NCBI GenBank assembly: GCA_029820945.1
Contig: JALGUJ010000010.1
Span: forward strand, 6,782 to 70,781
Reading direction: 5' to 3'
Length of the DNA stretch: 64,000 nt
DNA from: Candidatus Zipacnadia bacterium
GTDB taxonomy: Bacteria > Armatimonadota > Zipacnadia > Zipacnadales > UBA5352
Shown: positions 7,987 to 16,994 of the stretch, one piece after another
How the letters are laid out: every line of letters starts with the position of its first letter
Position numbering within the stretch: the stretch's first letter is position 1
Made by a program: the position numbers and the translations under genes
The notes under the pieces: model-generated
Told to the model about the DNA's origin: nothing
Databases searched by the model: none
The model's input: the letters and a program-made list of their open reading frames with translations, nothing else

Positions 7987-9033
7987 ATGCCCGATACCAT
8001 GAAGGCCGCCGTGCTCCACGCCGTGCACGACATGCGCGTCGAGGACGTGCCCATCCCGGAGGTCAGCGAGGAGCGGGACGTGCTCGTGCGTGTGCGTTCG
8101 GTCGGAATCTGCGGGTCGGACGTGCACTTCTTCGAGCGCGGGGCCATCGGCAACATCAGGCTGCAGCAGCCGACCATCATGGGCCACGAGGCGGCGGGCG
8201 AGGTCGTCGAGGTGCTGGACGACGCCTGCGGCCTGCGGCCCGGCGACCGAGTGGCCATCGAGCCCGGCTACACCTGCCGCCGGTGCGAGTTCTGCAGGTC
8301 TGGCCGCTACAACATGTGCCCGGATGTGGTCTTCCTCGCGGCGCCGCCCGTGGACGGCGCGTTCTGCGAGTACCTGGCGTGGCCCTCCGACTTCATCTTC
8401 AGGCTCCCGGACGAGATGTCGCTGGATGAGGGAGCGATGATCGAGCCGCTGGCGGTCGGCCTGTGGGCGGCGCGGCGGGCGGGCGCGAAGACCGGCGACT
8501 CGGTCGCGGTGCTCGGCGCAGGGCCCATCGGCCTGGCCACGCTGCAGTCGGCCGTCGCTGAGGGCGCCACGCGCGCCATCGTCACCGACCTGGTGCCCAT
8601 GCGGCTGGAGATGGCGGAGAGGCTGGGCGCGACCGACCTCATAGACGCCTCCAAGGTGGACGCCGAGGAGGCGATCATGGAGCTGACGGCCGGACGCGGC
8701 GTGGATGTGGCCTTCGAGTGCGCGGGCGCGATCCCGGCGCTGCAGATGGCCATGCGCGTGGTCAAGAACGGCGGCGTGGTGCAACTCGTCGGCATGCCGG
8801 CGGAGCAGCACCCGCAGATCCCCCTGTACGAGATCATCAACCGCGAGCTGGACGTGCGCGGGCTGTTCCGCTACGCCAACTGCTACCCGCCGGCGATCTC
8901 CCTGGTCGCGACCGGCCGCGTGAACGTCGAATCGATGGTCACCCATCACTTCGACCTCGAGGAGGCTCCCGAGGCCATGAGCTTCGTGCACGATCGGAAG
9001 GACGCCGTCATCAAGGCCGTCGTGCATCCGTGA
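7987..9033 (+). CDS. zinc-dependent medium-chain alcohol/polyol dehydrogenase (sorbitol/L-iditol dehydrogenase-like)
   Basis: Motifs GICGSDVH, GHEAAGEV, CRRCEFCRSGRYNMC (structural zinc) and GAGPIGL (Rossmann fold). SD AGGGGAG lies before ATG 7987. Confidence 0.85.
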   Translation: MPDTMKAAVLHAVHDMRVEDVPIPEVSEERDVLVRVRSVGICGSDVHFFERGAIGNIRLQQPTIMGHEAAGEVVEVLDDACGLRPGDRVAIEPGYTCRRCEFCRSGRYNMCPDVVFLAAPPVDGAFCEYLAWPSDFIFRLPDEMSLDEGAMIEPLAVGLWAARRAGAKTGDSVAVLGAGPIGLATLQSAVAEGATRAIVTDLVPMRLEMAERLGATDLIDASKVDAEEAIMELTAGRGVDVAFECAGAIPALQMAMRVVKNGGVVQLVGMPAEQHPQIPLYEIINRELDVRGLFRYANCYPPAISLVATGRVNVESMVTHHFDLEEAPEAMSFVHDRKDAVIKAVVHP

Positions 9034-9150
9034 GGGGCCACGTCGAGACCGCGGGGCGAGCGCGACGCGCGACCTTTCGGCCCGCATCCGTGAACCATCC
9101 GGCCCACAGCGTGTAACTTGCAGCGCGCAGCTTGCCTGAGGTGCACCACA

Positions 9151-9441
9151 ATGGATTGGGACGCGCTCGGCCGCTTCCTGCCGCCACTGGCGATGCTCGT
9201 CGTCCTGACGGTCGTCTTCTGGCTGGTGGTGATCCGGCCCGCGAAGAAGAGTCAGCAGGAGCACATGAACCTGATCAGCAGCATCACGCCCGGAGACCGG
9301 ATCGTGACCGTCGGGGGGATCTACGGCATCGTGCGCAAGGTCCGCGAGGACACCTTCGAACTGGAGGTGGCCGACGGGATGGTCCTGACCTTCGACCGGC
9401 GGGCCGCGCGTAAGATGCAGGGCGAAGGGGACGACGGCTGA
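9151..9441 (+). CDS. yajC: preprotein translocase subunit YajC
   Basis: Single TM segment followed by RPAKKSQQEH..L..GD.IVT.GGIYG.V. Typical YajC size (96 aa from ATG 9151). Confidence 0.85.
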   Translation: MDWDALGRFLPPLAMLVVLTVVFWLVVIRPAKKSQQEHMNLISSITPGDRIVTVGGIYGIVRKVREDTFELEVADGMVLTFDRRAARKMQGEGDDG

Positions 9442-9458
9442 AGAGGGGGCATCACGCC

Positions 9459-10025
9459 ATGGCTACGGGGGTCCTGATAGCCGCACTCGCCACGCTGGGC
9501 GCGCTCATCGTGGCGCTGGGCGTGGCCGTGTGGCTGCTCTGGCGCGAGCAGCAGAGAATGCGCTTCGAGTCCGGCACCGCCCGCGCGGTGGCGGAGGCAC
9601 TACGCGACGGACGGGACGAGGACGCCATCGGCGAGCTGCTGGGCTACCTCGAGGCCGTACACAAGCACGTGGAGCGGCTGGCCGCCCATGCGCGGGAGAT
9701 CGACGAGGCCATGGAACGCTTCCGCGGTCGGGCTCGGAGCCACCTGCAGCGCATCGGCGTGGTGCGCTTCGATGCCAGCGAGTCCGTCAGCGGCAGGCTG
9801 TCCTGCGCCCTGTGTGTGCTTGACGGCCGCGGCGACGGCTTCCTGGTCACCACCCTCTATGACCTGGAACGCTCGCGCACCTTCGTCCGCGGCGTGCGCG
9901 GGGGGCGCACCGAGCGCGAGCTGCTCCAGCCTGAGCGCGAGGCGCTGGAGGCCGCGACCTCCGCCGTTCCCGCGGCGGACACGAGCGCACCTGAGGACCG
10001 AGGTGACGCCGCAGAGGATGCATGA
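9459..10025 (+). CDS. DUF4446 family membrane-anchored protein
   Basis: N-terminal TM segment, then RIGVVRFDA...SGRLSCALCVLD..GDGFLVTTLY, as in DUF4446. The stop overlaps the xerD start. Confidence 0.7.
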   Translation: MATGVLIAALATLGALIVALGVAVWLLWREQQRMRFESGTARAVAEALRDGRDEDAIGELLGYLEAVHKHVERLAAHAREIDEAMERFRGRARSHLQRIGVVRFDASESVSGRLSCALCVLDGRGDGFLVTTLYDLERSRTFVRGVRGGRTERELLQPEREALEAATSAVPAADTSAPEDRGDAAEDA

Positions 10026-10908
10026 GACGATCTCCGCCTTCGCCGCCTACCTCGCAGTCGATCGCGGGCTGGCGGACAACACGGTGGCAGCGTACAGCCG
10101 GGATGTGCGCGACTACGGCGAGTTCCTGCGCGGGCGGGGCGTGAGGGGCTACGCCGACGCCGCGCGGCAGGACGTTATCGACTTCATCAGCCACCTGCAG
10201 CGCGACCGCGGCCTCACACGCAGCACCATCGCCCGCAAGCTCTCCTCGGTGCGCGGCCTCTACCGCTTCCTGCTCATCGACGGGCGCAGCGAGGCCGACC
10301 CCGCCGCCGACGTGGACTCGCCCAAGCGCGCGCGGCGCCTGCCCGGGGTCCTGACGGTCCAGGAGTGCAGGCGACTGCTCGAGACGCCCGACCGCTCGGA
10401 GCCCCAGGGTCTGCGCGACGCCGCCATGATCGCGCTTCTCTACGCCTGTGGCCTGCGCGTCTCGGAGCTGGTGAGTCTGCGCATGCACGAGCTGCACCAG
10501 GATGAGGGCCTGGTGCGCACGGTGGGCAAGGGGTCGAAGGAGCGCATCGTTCCGGTGGCCCCACTGGCGCTGCACCTGGTGGGGCGCTATCTCGAGGAGG
10601 CCCGCCCCGACCTGCAGCGCTACCCGGGCGAGGACGCGATCTTCCTGACCCGGCTGGGGCGGCCGTTCTCGCGCGGCGGATTCTGGGCCAGGCTGAAGCA
10701 GTACGTGCGGCTGGCCGGGCTGCCCGAGGACACCTCCCCGCACACGCTGCGGCACTCCTTCGCCACGCACCTGCTCTCGGGCGGCGCCGACCTGCGCGCC
10801 ATTCAGGAGATGCTGGGCCACGCGAGCCTGTCCACCACCGAGGTCTACACGCACGTCTCCGCCGAGGACCTGCGGCGCATCTACGACAACAGCCACCCGC
10901 GGGCCTGA
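10018..10908 (+). CDS. xerD: site-specific tyrosine recombinase XerD (XerC/XerD family)
   Basis: N-terminus F..YL.V.RGL..NTV.AY.RD. C-terminal catalytic motifs are HTLRHSFATHLL, LGHASLSTTEVYTHV and GKGSKERIVP. Start ATG 10018 overlaps the preceding gene. Confidence 0.8.
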   Translation: MHETISAFAAYLAVDRGLADNTVAAYSRDVRDYGEFLRGRGVRGYADAARQDVIDFISHLQRDRGLTRSTIARKLSSVRGLYRFLLIDGRSEADPAADVDSPKRARRLPGVLTVQECRRLLETPDRSEPQGLRDAAMIALLYACGLRVSELVSLRMHELHQDEGLVRTVGKGSKERIVPVAPLALHLVGRYLEEARPDLQRYPGEDAIFLTRLGRPFSRGGFWARLKQYVRLAGLPEDTSPHTLRHSFATHLLSGGADLRAIQEMLGHASLSTTEVYTHVSAEDLRRIYDNSHPRA

Positions 10909-10953
10909 CCCCCGGCAGGTCTCCGCGCCTTCGGGCGGGAAAGGCCTTCCCCC

Positions 10954-13179
10954 ATGTCGAACGAGCAGCGAACCACAGACGAGCAGGAGTGCCTTGAGGG
11001 CTGCGTGGAGCGCATCGTGTTCCACGCGCGCGACGACGGCTGGGCCGTCATGCACCTGCGCTGCGGCAGCCGGAAGGTGACGGCGGTCGGCAACGTGACG
11101 GAGCCGACGCCGGGCGAGAATCTGCGCCTGTTCGGCCGCTGGGTCGTGGATTCGCGCTACGGGCGGCAGTTCCGCTTCGACTCCTACCAGCTCGTCCGCC
11201 CCTCCTCCACCGAGGCGCTGGTCAGCTACCTGTCTTCGGGCAAGGTGGAGGGGATCGGGAAGGGCCTGGCGCGGCGGCTGGTCGAGCACTTCGGCGAGGA
11301 CACTCTGGAGGTGCTCGACGAGCACCCCGAGCGCGTGCGCGAGGTCGAGGGCATCGGCGAGAAGCGCGCCGAGGCCATCGTGAGGGCCTGGCGGCGGCAG
11401 TCGCGCATGCGCGAGGTGATGCTCTTCCTGCACGAGCACGGCATGGGCGGCGCGCTGGGCGCGAGGGTCGCGCAGGCATTCGGCGATCGAACGATCGAGG
11501 TGGTCGAGCGCGACCCGTACGTGCTGGCCCGGCGCATCCGCGGCGTGGGCTTCGCCACCGCCGACCGCATAGCCCGCTCCGTGGGCATCGACGTGCGCGA
11601 CCCCTCGCGCCTGCAGGCGGGGCTCGTCTACGCCCTGCACCAGGCCACGGGGGAGGGCCATCTCTTCCTGCCCGCCGAGAGCCTGCTGGCGGACGGCCAG
11701 CACCTGCTGCAGGTCGAGCCGGAGCTGCTGGAGCGCGCGTTGGGACAGCTCGAACAGGCGGACGAGGTCGCGGCGGAGGAGACGCCTCTCGGCCGGGCGG
11801 TCTACCTGCCGCACCTGCTGACGGCGGAGCGCGAGGTGGCCGGGCGCATGCTGGCGCTGGCCTCACAGCAGGCGCCGGGGGCGCCGAGGCCGGATCAGAC
11901 CCGCCGGTGGCTGACCTCGCACGGCGAGATGGGGGGCGTGGTGCTGTCCGAGCAGCAGACGCGGGCGGTCTGCGGTGCGCTCGCCAACTCCGTCACCGTG
12001 ATCACGGGAGGTCCTGGCACCGGGAAGACGACGATAGTGCGCGTGCTCGTCAGGGCCTGCAGGGCGCTCGGGAGAGACGTGGCGCTGGCCGCGCCGACCG
12101 GCCGCGCCGCCAAGCGCATGTCCGAGCTGTCCGGGGCCGACGCATCGACGATCCACCGCCTGCTGGCCTACGACCCCTTCAAGGGCCGCTTCACGCACGA
12201 CGAGGACCGGCCGCTGGAGCTGGACACGCTGGTGATCGACGAGTCGAGCATGATCGATCTGCCTCTGGCGCGGGACCTGCTGCGCGCGCTCCCCGACGGC
12301 GCGCAGATCGCCTTCATCGGCGACGCCAACCAGCTCCCCAGCGTCGGGCCGGGCAACTTCTTTCGCGACCTCGTCTCCTCCGAGGCTGTGCCCGTCTTCA
12401 CACTCACCGAGATCTACCGGCAGGCCGCCCGGTCGCTCATCGTCGAGAACGCGCACCGGCTCATTCACGGCGAGAAGCCGACGCTGGTGCCGTGGAAGAA
12501 GCGCAGCGGTGAGGACTGTCTGTTCGTGCATTCGCGCGACCCGAACGTGGCCGCGGACCTGGTGATCCGGGCGGTCACGCGCGAGCTGCCACGGCTCAGC
12601 TTCGGCTCCGAGGACGTACAGGTCATCACTCCCATGCATCGTGGGCCGCTGGGCGTGCGGGAGCTCAACCGGCGGCTGCAGGAGAGCCTCAACCCGGAGC
12701 GACCGCAGAGGGCCGAGGTGCGCTACGGCGACATGGTCCTGCGCGAGGGTGACCGGGTGCTTCAGGTGGCCAACAACTACGACAAGGGGGTATTCAACGG
12801 AGAGATCGGTCGCGTCGCGCGCGTGGATGCCTCGGGCCGGTCGGTCATCGTCTCCTTCGAGGAGCAGGAGGTCGGCTACGAGCAGTCGGACCTCGATCAG
12901 CTCCAGCTCGCCTACGCCATGACGATCCACAAGTCGCAGGGCAGCGAGTACCCCTGCGCGGTCATCGTCATGCACTCCACGCACTACATCATGCTGCGCC
13001 GGAACCTGCTCTACACGGCGCTGACGCGCGCCGAGAAGCTGGCGGTCATCATCGGCAACTCCGCGGGCGTGATGCGCGCGGCCCAGAACATCGAGGAGCA
13101 GCGGCGCTTCACGCGCCTGGCCGAGCGCCTCCGCGGCGAGGCCCCCGCCGGCGGCGAGGGCCTCACGCTTGACCTCTGA
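10954..13179 (+). CDS. recD2: RecD2-type SF1B ATP-dependent DNA helicase (RecD-like)
   Basis: 741 aa. N-terminal OB/HhH region (GIGKGLA..., GIGEKRAEAI). Walker A ITGGPGTGKTT, then VIDESSM, and C-terminal AMTIHKSQGSEYP..ALTRA. Confidence 0.9.
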   Translation: MSNEQRTTDEQECLEGCVERIVFHARDDGWAVMHLRCGSRKVTAVGNVTEPTPGENLRLFGRWVVDSRYGRQFRFDSYQLVRPSSTEALVSYLSSGKVEGIGKGLARRLVEHFGEDTLEVLDEHPERVREVEGIGEKRAEAIVRAWRRQSRMREVMLFLHEHGMGGALGARVAQAFGDRTIEVVERDPYVLARRIRGVGFATADRIARSVGIDVRDPSRLQAGLVYALHQATGEGHLFLPAESLLADGQHLLQVEPELLERALGQLEQADEVAAEETPLGRAVYLPHLLTAEREVAGRMLALASQQAPGAPRPDQTRRWLTSHGEMGGVVLSEQQTRAVCGALANSVTVITGGPGTGKTTIVRVLVRACRALGRDVALAAPTGRAAKRMSELSGADASTIHRLLAYDPFKGRFTHDEDRPLELDTLVIDESSMIDLPLARDLLRALPDGAQIAFIGDANQLPSVGPGNFFRDLVSSEAVPVFTLTEIYRQAARSLIVENAHRLIHGEKPTLVPWKKRSGEDCLFVHSRDPNVAADLVIRAVTRELPRLSFGSEDVQVITPMHRGPLGVRELNRRLQESLNPERPQRAEVRYGDMVLREGDRVLQVANNYDKGVFNGEIGRVARVDASGRSVIVSFEEQEVGYEQSDLDQLQLAYAMTIHKSQGSEYPCAVIVMHSTHYIMLRRNLLYTALTRAEKLAVIIGNSAGVMRAAQNIEEQRRFTRLAERLRGEAPAGGEGLTLDL

Positions 13180-13338
13180 CGCTGCGCCGCCCGTGGGCGG
13201 GATGAGGTCCCACCCCGGGCTCGGCCGTTCACGTCGCGCCACGATGTGCGTAATGCATGGCTCGGGCGGAGGCCCGGCGCCGCCGGGGCGCGAAGTACGC
13301 CCCAACGGGGACAGACTCCCACAGGACAGTGAGACACC

Positions 13339-15288
13339 ATGACGGACGCGGGCGAGCCCGGGCACAGGCTGACGAGAGCGACCGTAGAGCCGCCGACGGC
13401 CATGGCCGGCGTGCGGGACACGTGGACCGTGAGCTTCGCCGGGCTGGAGGTGCCGGAGGGTGGCGTCGTGCGCCTGCGCATCGCCGGAGGGCGCGATAAC
13501 CACAGCGACTGGACCCCGCCGCAGGCGGACGATCCAGACGCGGACGAATACGTGACCGCGAGCTGCTCGGGCGAGGCGGATCTCCAGGTGAGCGTCCCGC
13601 CCTTCGAGGAGGTGCGCGCCACCGCCGTGGACATGGTCGTGGAGGGGGCGCCGCTATGCGCGGGCGACACAATCGCCGTCACGCTCGGCGACAGGTCCGG
13701 CGACGGCGATGGCTCCACGCCGCAGACCTTCTCGCAGTCGGGCAAGCGCTTCGACGTGTTCGTGGCCGGGCCGCCCGCGCAGGACGAGGAGCGGCAGTTC
13801 GCGCGGGCCGAAGGAGCGCCGACTATCGACGTCACCGGCGGCCCCATGGACCGGCTGCGGGTGCTTGGCCCGCCGACGGTGCCGGCCGGTAAGAAGTTCG
13901 CCATCGTGATCAAGGCCGAGGACGTGCACGGGAACGTGGCCTCGCTCTACCAGGGCGAGTTGAACGTGGAGATCACCGACGAGGTGGTCAGCGGCCCCGA
14001 TGAGGCCGAGTTCGGCGGCCCCGGCGGCGGGGTGATCATGGTCGAGGGCTTCAAGGCCCTCAGCCGTGGACTGGTGCGCATCATCGCCATCGACCGCGTC
14101 AGCGAGATCAAGTACGTGAGCAACCCGATCCTGGTGACGCGCTACGACCAGTCACAGCTCTACTTCGGCGTGATCCACGGACACACGAGCTGCTCCGACG
14201 GCACCGGCTCGGTCGAGGACTACTACGCGTGCATGCGCGACGACAACCGCCTGGACTTCGGCGCGGTCGGCGACCATGACCACGACTGGGAGACGACCGA
14301 CGATGACTGGGCCGAGATCCAGCGCGTGACCGCCGAGAGCAACGAGGACGGCGAGTTCGTGACGCTACTCGGCTACGAGTGGGCCAAGTGGCGCCGCGAC
14401 GGGGCGGGCGACCGCAACGTCTACTACGATGCCGACGACCAGCCGATGTACCGCTCGGGCGACGAGCACTACCCCACGCCGCCGCATCTGTTCGATGCGC
14501 TGGGCGACCACCGGGCCATAGTCATCCCGCACCACTCCGCGAGCACCGGCAACTTCTGCGACTGGTCCGACCACGATCCGGGGAAGGAGCGCCTGGTCGA
14601 GATCTACTCGGTCTGGGGCAGCTCCGAACGCTCTGTCCACGACGGCAACCCGTTCCCGATGCGGCCCAGCGGCCTGCCTCCATGCGGGTTCGCCGACGTG
14701 CCGATGGACAGCGGCGAGCGACCCGAGGGCTTCGTGCAGCGCGCGCTGGCGATGGACCGCCGGCTCGGCTTCGTGGGCGGTGGCGACGACCACCTGGGGC
14801 ACCCCGGCGATCCCATCGCCACAGGCGCCGAGCCCTTCCGCTACCGCGACGGGCTGATGGGCGTCTGGGCGCAGGAGCTGACGCGTGAGGCGATCTTCCA
14901 GGCCATGTACGACCGGCACACCTACGCGACCACCGGCACGCGCATGATCGTGCTCTTCCAGGTCGCGGGCGCGTTCATGGGCGACGAGATCGAGGCCTCC
15001 GCGAGCCCTGAGCTAGCCGACGCGCGCACCATCGAGGGCTTCATCGCAGGCGAGGCCAAGCTCGCGCAGGTCGAGGTCGTGCGCAACAACGAGGTCGTGC
15101 ACAGCTTCCGCCCGGAGAGCTCGGAGACCACCTTCGAGTGGACGGACGAGGAGCCGCTGGAGGGCCTGGCCCTCACCCCGTGTGACGAGGGCGAGCCGGA
15201 GTTCGTGTTCTACTACCTGCGCGTGCTGCAGTCCGACGGCGAGATGGCCTGGGCCAGCCCGGTCTGGCTGCTGCTGCCGCAGGACTGA
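13339..15288 (+). CDS. DUF3604 / PHP-like metal-dependent hydrolase with an N-terminal beta-sandwich region
   Basis: Motifs GVIHGHTSCSDG, GDHDHDW, IPHHSAS and GGGDDHLGHPG resemble PHP/DUF3604 metal-binding motifs. Paralog at 23662-25602. Confidence 0.65.
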   Translation: MTDAGEPGHRLTRATVEPPTAMAGVRDTWTVSFAGLEVPEGGVVRLRIAGGRDNHSDWTPPQADDPDADEYVTASCSGEADLQVSVPPFEEVRATAVDMVVEGAPLCAGDTIAVTLGDRSGDGDGSTPQTFSQSGKRFDVFVAGPPAQDEERQFARAEGAPTIDVTGGPMDRLRVLGPPTVPAGKKFAIVIKAEDVHGNVASLYQGELNVEITDEVVSGPDEAEFGGPGGGVIMVEGFKALSRGLVRIIAIDRVSEIKYVSNPILVTRYDQSQLYFGVIHGHTSCSDGTGSVEDYYACMRDDNRLDFGAVGDHDHDWETTDDDWAEIQRVTAESNEDGEFVTLLGYEWAKWRRDGAGDRNVYYDADDQPMYRSGDEHYPTPPHLFDALGDHRAIVIPHHSASTGNFCDWSDHDPGKERLVEIYSVWGSSERSVHDGNPFPMRPSGLPPCGFADVPMDSGERPEGFVQRALAMDRRLGFVGGGDDHLGHPGDPIATGAEPFRYRDGLMGVWAQELTREAIFQAMYDRHTYATTGTRMIVLFQVAGAFMGDEIEASASPELADARTIEGFIAGEAKLAQVEVVRNNEVVHSFRPESSETTFEWTDEEPLEGLALTPCDEGEPEFVFYYLRVLQSDGEMAWASPVWLLLPQD

Positions 15289-15326
15289 GCGCTGGTCGCC
15301 AGCGGCGTGCTCCGCTCGTCCCGCGC

Positions 15327-16055
15327 TCAGCTCTCTGACAAGCTCCCCGGGACCCGCAGCCCGTGCGCGCGCAGCAGGTCCTCATCGCTCAGGATCTTCC
15401 GCACCGGCCCGGTCGCGTGGATACGGCCCTCGTCGAGGATCGCGACCTGGTCGCAGAGCTGCAGCACCATCTCGAGATCGTGGCTGGCGATGATTCTCGA
15501 CTGCGGGAGGGCCGACAGCAGCCCAATGATCGCCTCCCGGCCCTCCGGGTCGAGCGCCATGACCGGCTCGTCGATCACCAGCAGCTCGGGCTCCATGGCG
15601 AGCACCGTGGCCAGCGCCACCCGGCGCATCTGCCCCGCCGAGAGGTGGTGCGGCGGGCGTTCGGCCAGGTGAGCGGCGCCCGCGGCCTCCAGCACCGCCA
15701 TCGCCCGCGCCCGCGCCTCCTCGGACGACAGCCCCAGGTTCAGCGGCCCGAAGCAGACGTCCTCAAGCGCGGTGGGCATGAAGAGCTGGTCCGCCGGGTC
15801 CTCGAAGACCAGCCCGACCGTCGCGCGCAGATCGTCGGCCGGCCAGTCCTCGACGGGGGTACCCCTCACGCGCACCGTACCCGAGCCGTGCAGGATGCCG
15901 TTGAGGTGCAGCAGCAGCGTGGACTTGCCCGCGCCATTCGGGCCGATCAGCCCCAGCGATCGCCCCTCCTCCAGCGTCAACGACACGCCCCTCAGTGCCT
16001 GCGTGCCGTCGGGCCAGGCGAAGTGCAGATCGTCGATCTCCAGCAGCGCCGTCAT
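15327..16055 (-). CDS. cbiO: ECF-transporter ATPase component (CbiO/EcfA type)
   Basis: Starts MTALLEIDDLHF. Walker A GPNGAGKST, signature LSAGQMRRV, Walker B LLVIDEP. The ATG overlaps the upstream gene's stop (ATGA). The rest of the 471-aa track ORF is an artefactual extension. Confidence 0.9.
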   Translation of the reverse strand: MTALLEIDDLHFAWPDGTQALRGVSLTLEEGRSLGLIGPNGAGKSTLLLHLNGILHGSGTVRVRGTPVEDWPADDLRATVGLVFEDPADQLFMPTALEDVCFGPLNLGLSSEEARARAMAVLEAAGAAHLAERPPHHLSAGQMRRVALATVLAMEPELLVIDEPVMALDPEGREAIIGLLSALPQSRIIASHDLEMVLQLCDQVAILDEGRIHATGPVRKILSDEDLLRAHGLRVPGSLSES

Positions 16056-16822
16056 GCCATGCCCACCCAGAGGAGGGCCGCCGAGAGCGCGATGAGCAGC
16101 GCGCCGACGGCCAGGTGGGTCGCCGGCACCGCTCCCTGCGAGAGGGTCGGCATGCGCCCGCGGTAGCCGCGCGCCACCATGGCCAGCCCGATGTGCTCGG
16201 CGCGCTCCACGGTGCGGACCATCAGGGTCGCGATCATGCTGGCGCCGACGCCGACATTCCGGCGGAGGCCCCGCACGTGACCGCGGGAGCGCCGTGCGGT
16301 GATCATGCGTGCCGCCTCCTCGCCCAACACCTGCAGGTAGGTCACGGCGAAGCCGGTGAGGGCGGTGAGCGTGCGGGGCACGTGAAGACTCTGGGCGGCG
16401 CGCAGGAGGTCCGCCGACGTCGTGGCGCCGGTCAGCAGCGTGGCGGCCAGGAGGGCCAGCAGGCACTTGCCGCCCGCGGAGACGTAGACCGTCGCCGCCG
16501 CGCGCGACAGCACGAGGGCACCAAGATGCATCGCGTCGGTCTCGCCTGCCGGCGCCACGAAGCCCACCGCCACCGCGCCCAGCACCAGGAACGGCGCCAG
16601 CACCGCGGTGCGCCGGGCGATCCAGCCGGGGGGCAGCCGCGAGAGCGCCGCGATGGCCGCAAGGATGGCCGCGTGACAGAGCAGCAGCCACGTGCGTGCG
16701 AGCGGCACGGCGAGAACCGTCGCCGCGATGGTGACCGCGCACACGAGCTTCACCCGCGCATCAAGCCGGTGCACCGGCGAGTCCAGGTGAGCCCACCTGT
16801 CGAGCAGGTCGTGTGCGAGCAT
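16052..16822 (-). CDS. cbiQ: ECF-transporter transmembrane T component (CbiQ/EcfT type)
   Basis: Starts MLAHDLLDRW..SPVHRLDARVKL. Multi-TM protein with a C-terminal ARGYRG motif typical of CbiQ/EcfT. Translationally coupled to cbiO. Confidence 0.85.
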   Translation of the reverse strand: MLAHDLLDRWAHLDSPVHRLDARVKLVCAVTIAATVLAVPLARTWLLLCHAAILAAIAALSRLPPGWIARRTAVLAPFLVLGAVAVGFVAPAGETDAMHLGALVLSRAAATVYVSAGGKCLLALLAATLLTGATTSADLLRAAQSLHVPRTLTALTGFAVTYLQVLGEEAARMITARRSRGHVRGLRRNVGVGASMIATLMVRTVERAEHIGLAMVARGYRGRMPTLSQGAVPATHLAVGALLIALSAALLWVGMA

Positions 16823-16994
16823 GACTGTTGGCGGACACGGCAGGCTGGTACCATGCAAGGCCCCCGCACGGCCCGGCGGATGCAACATCCCCCCCCGCCG
16901 GGCATCCGCGCGGAGGCCCTGCACAACGGCGATCGTCCGCGTGAGGCACGGACCGTCGGGTTTAGCTTCCTCCCGGACGAGCAGATGCAATGGC

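Noticed and set aside
10018-10908. Tyrosine recombinase as a marker of an integrated mobile element.
   Set aside because: The XerD-type motifs, and its place in a yajC / DUF4446 / xerD / recD2 housekeeping block with overlapping stop and start, argue for the chromosome-dimer resolvase. No att-like repeats, phage genes or tRNA are adjacent.
9847-11814. 655-aa minus-strand ORF, and similar long ORFs at 3743-5092(-), 7555-9264(-), 11863-13503(-), 23524-25362(-), 27703-29997(+), 30608-32533(+), 44553-46697(+), 48707-50365(-), 54164-55696(-), 56666-58423(-) and 61024-62499(-).
   Set aside because: All lie antisense or out of frame to genes with clear family motifs. Their translations are dominated by Arg/Ala/Gly/Pro/His with no recognisable motifs. 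This is typical of stop-poor alternative frames in about 68% GC DNA.
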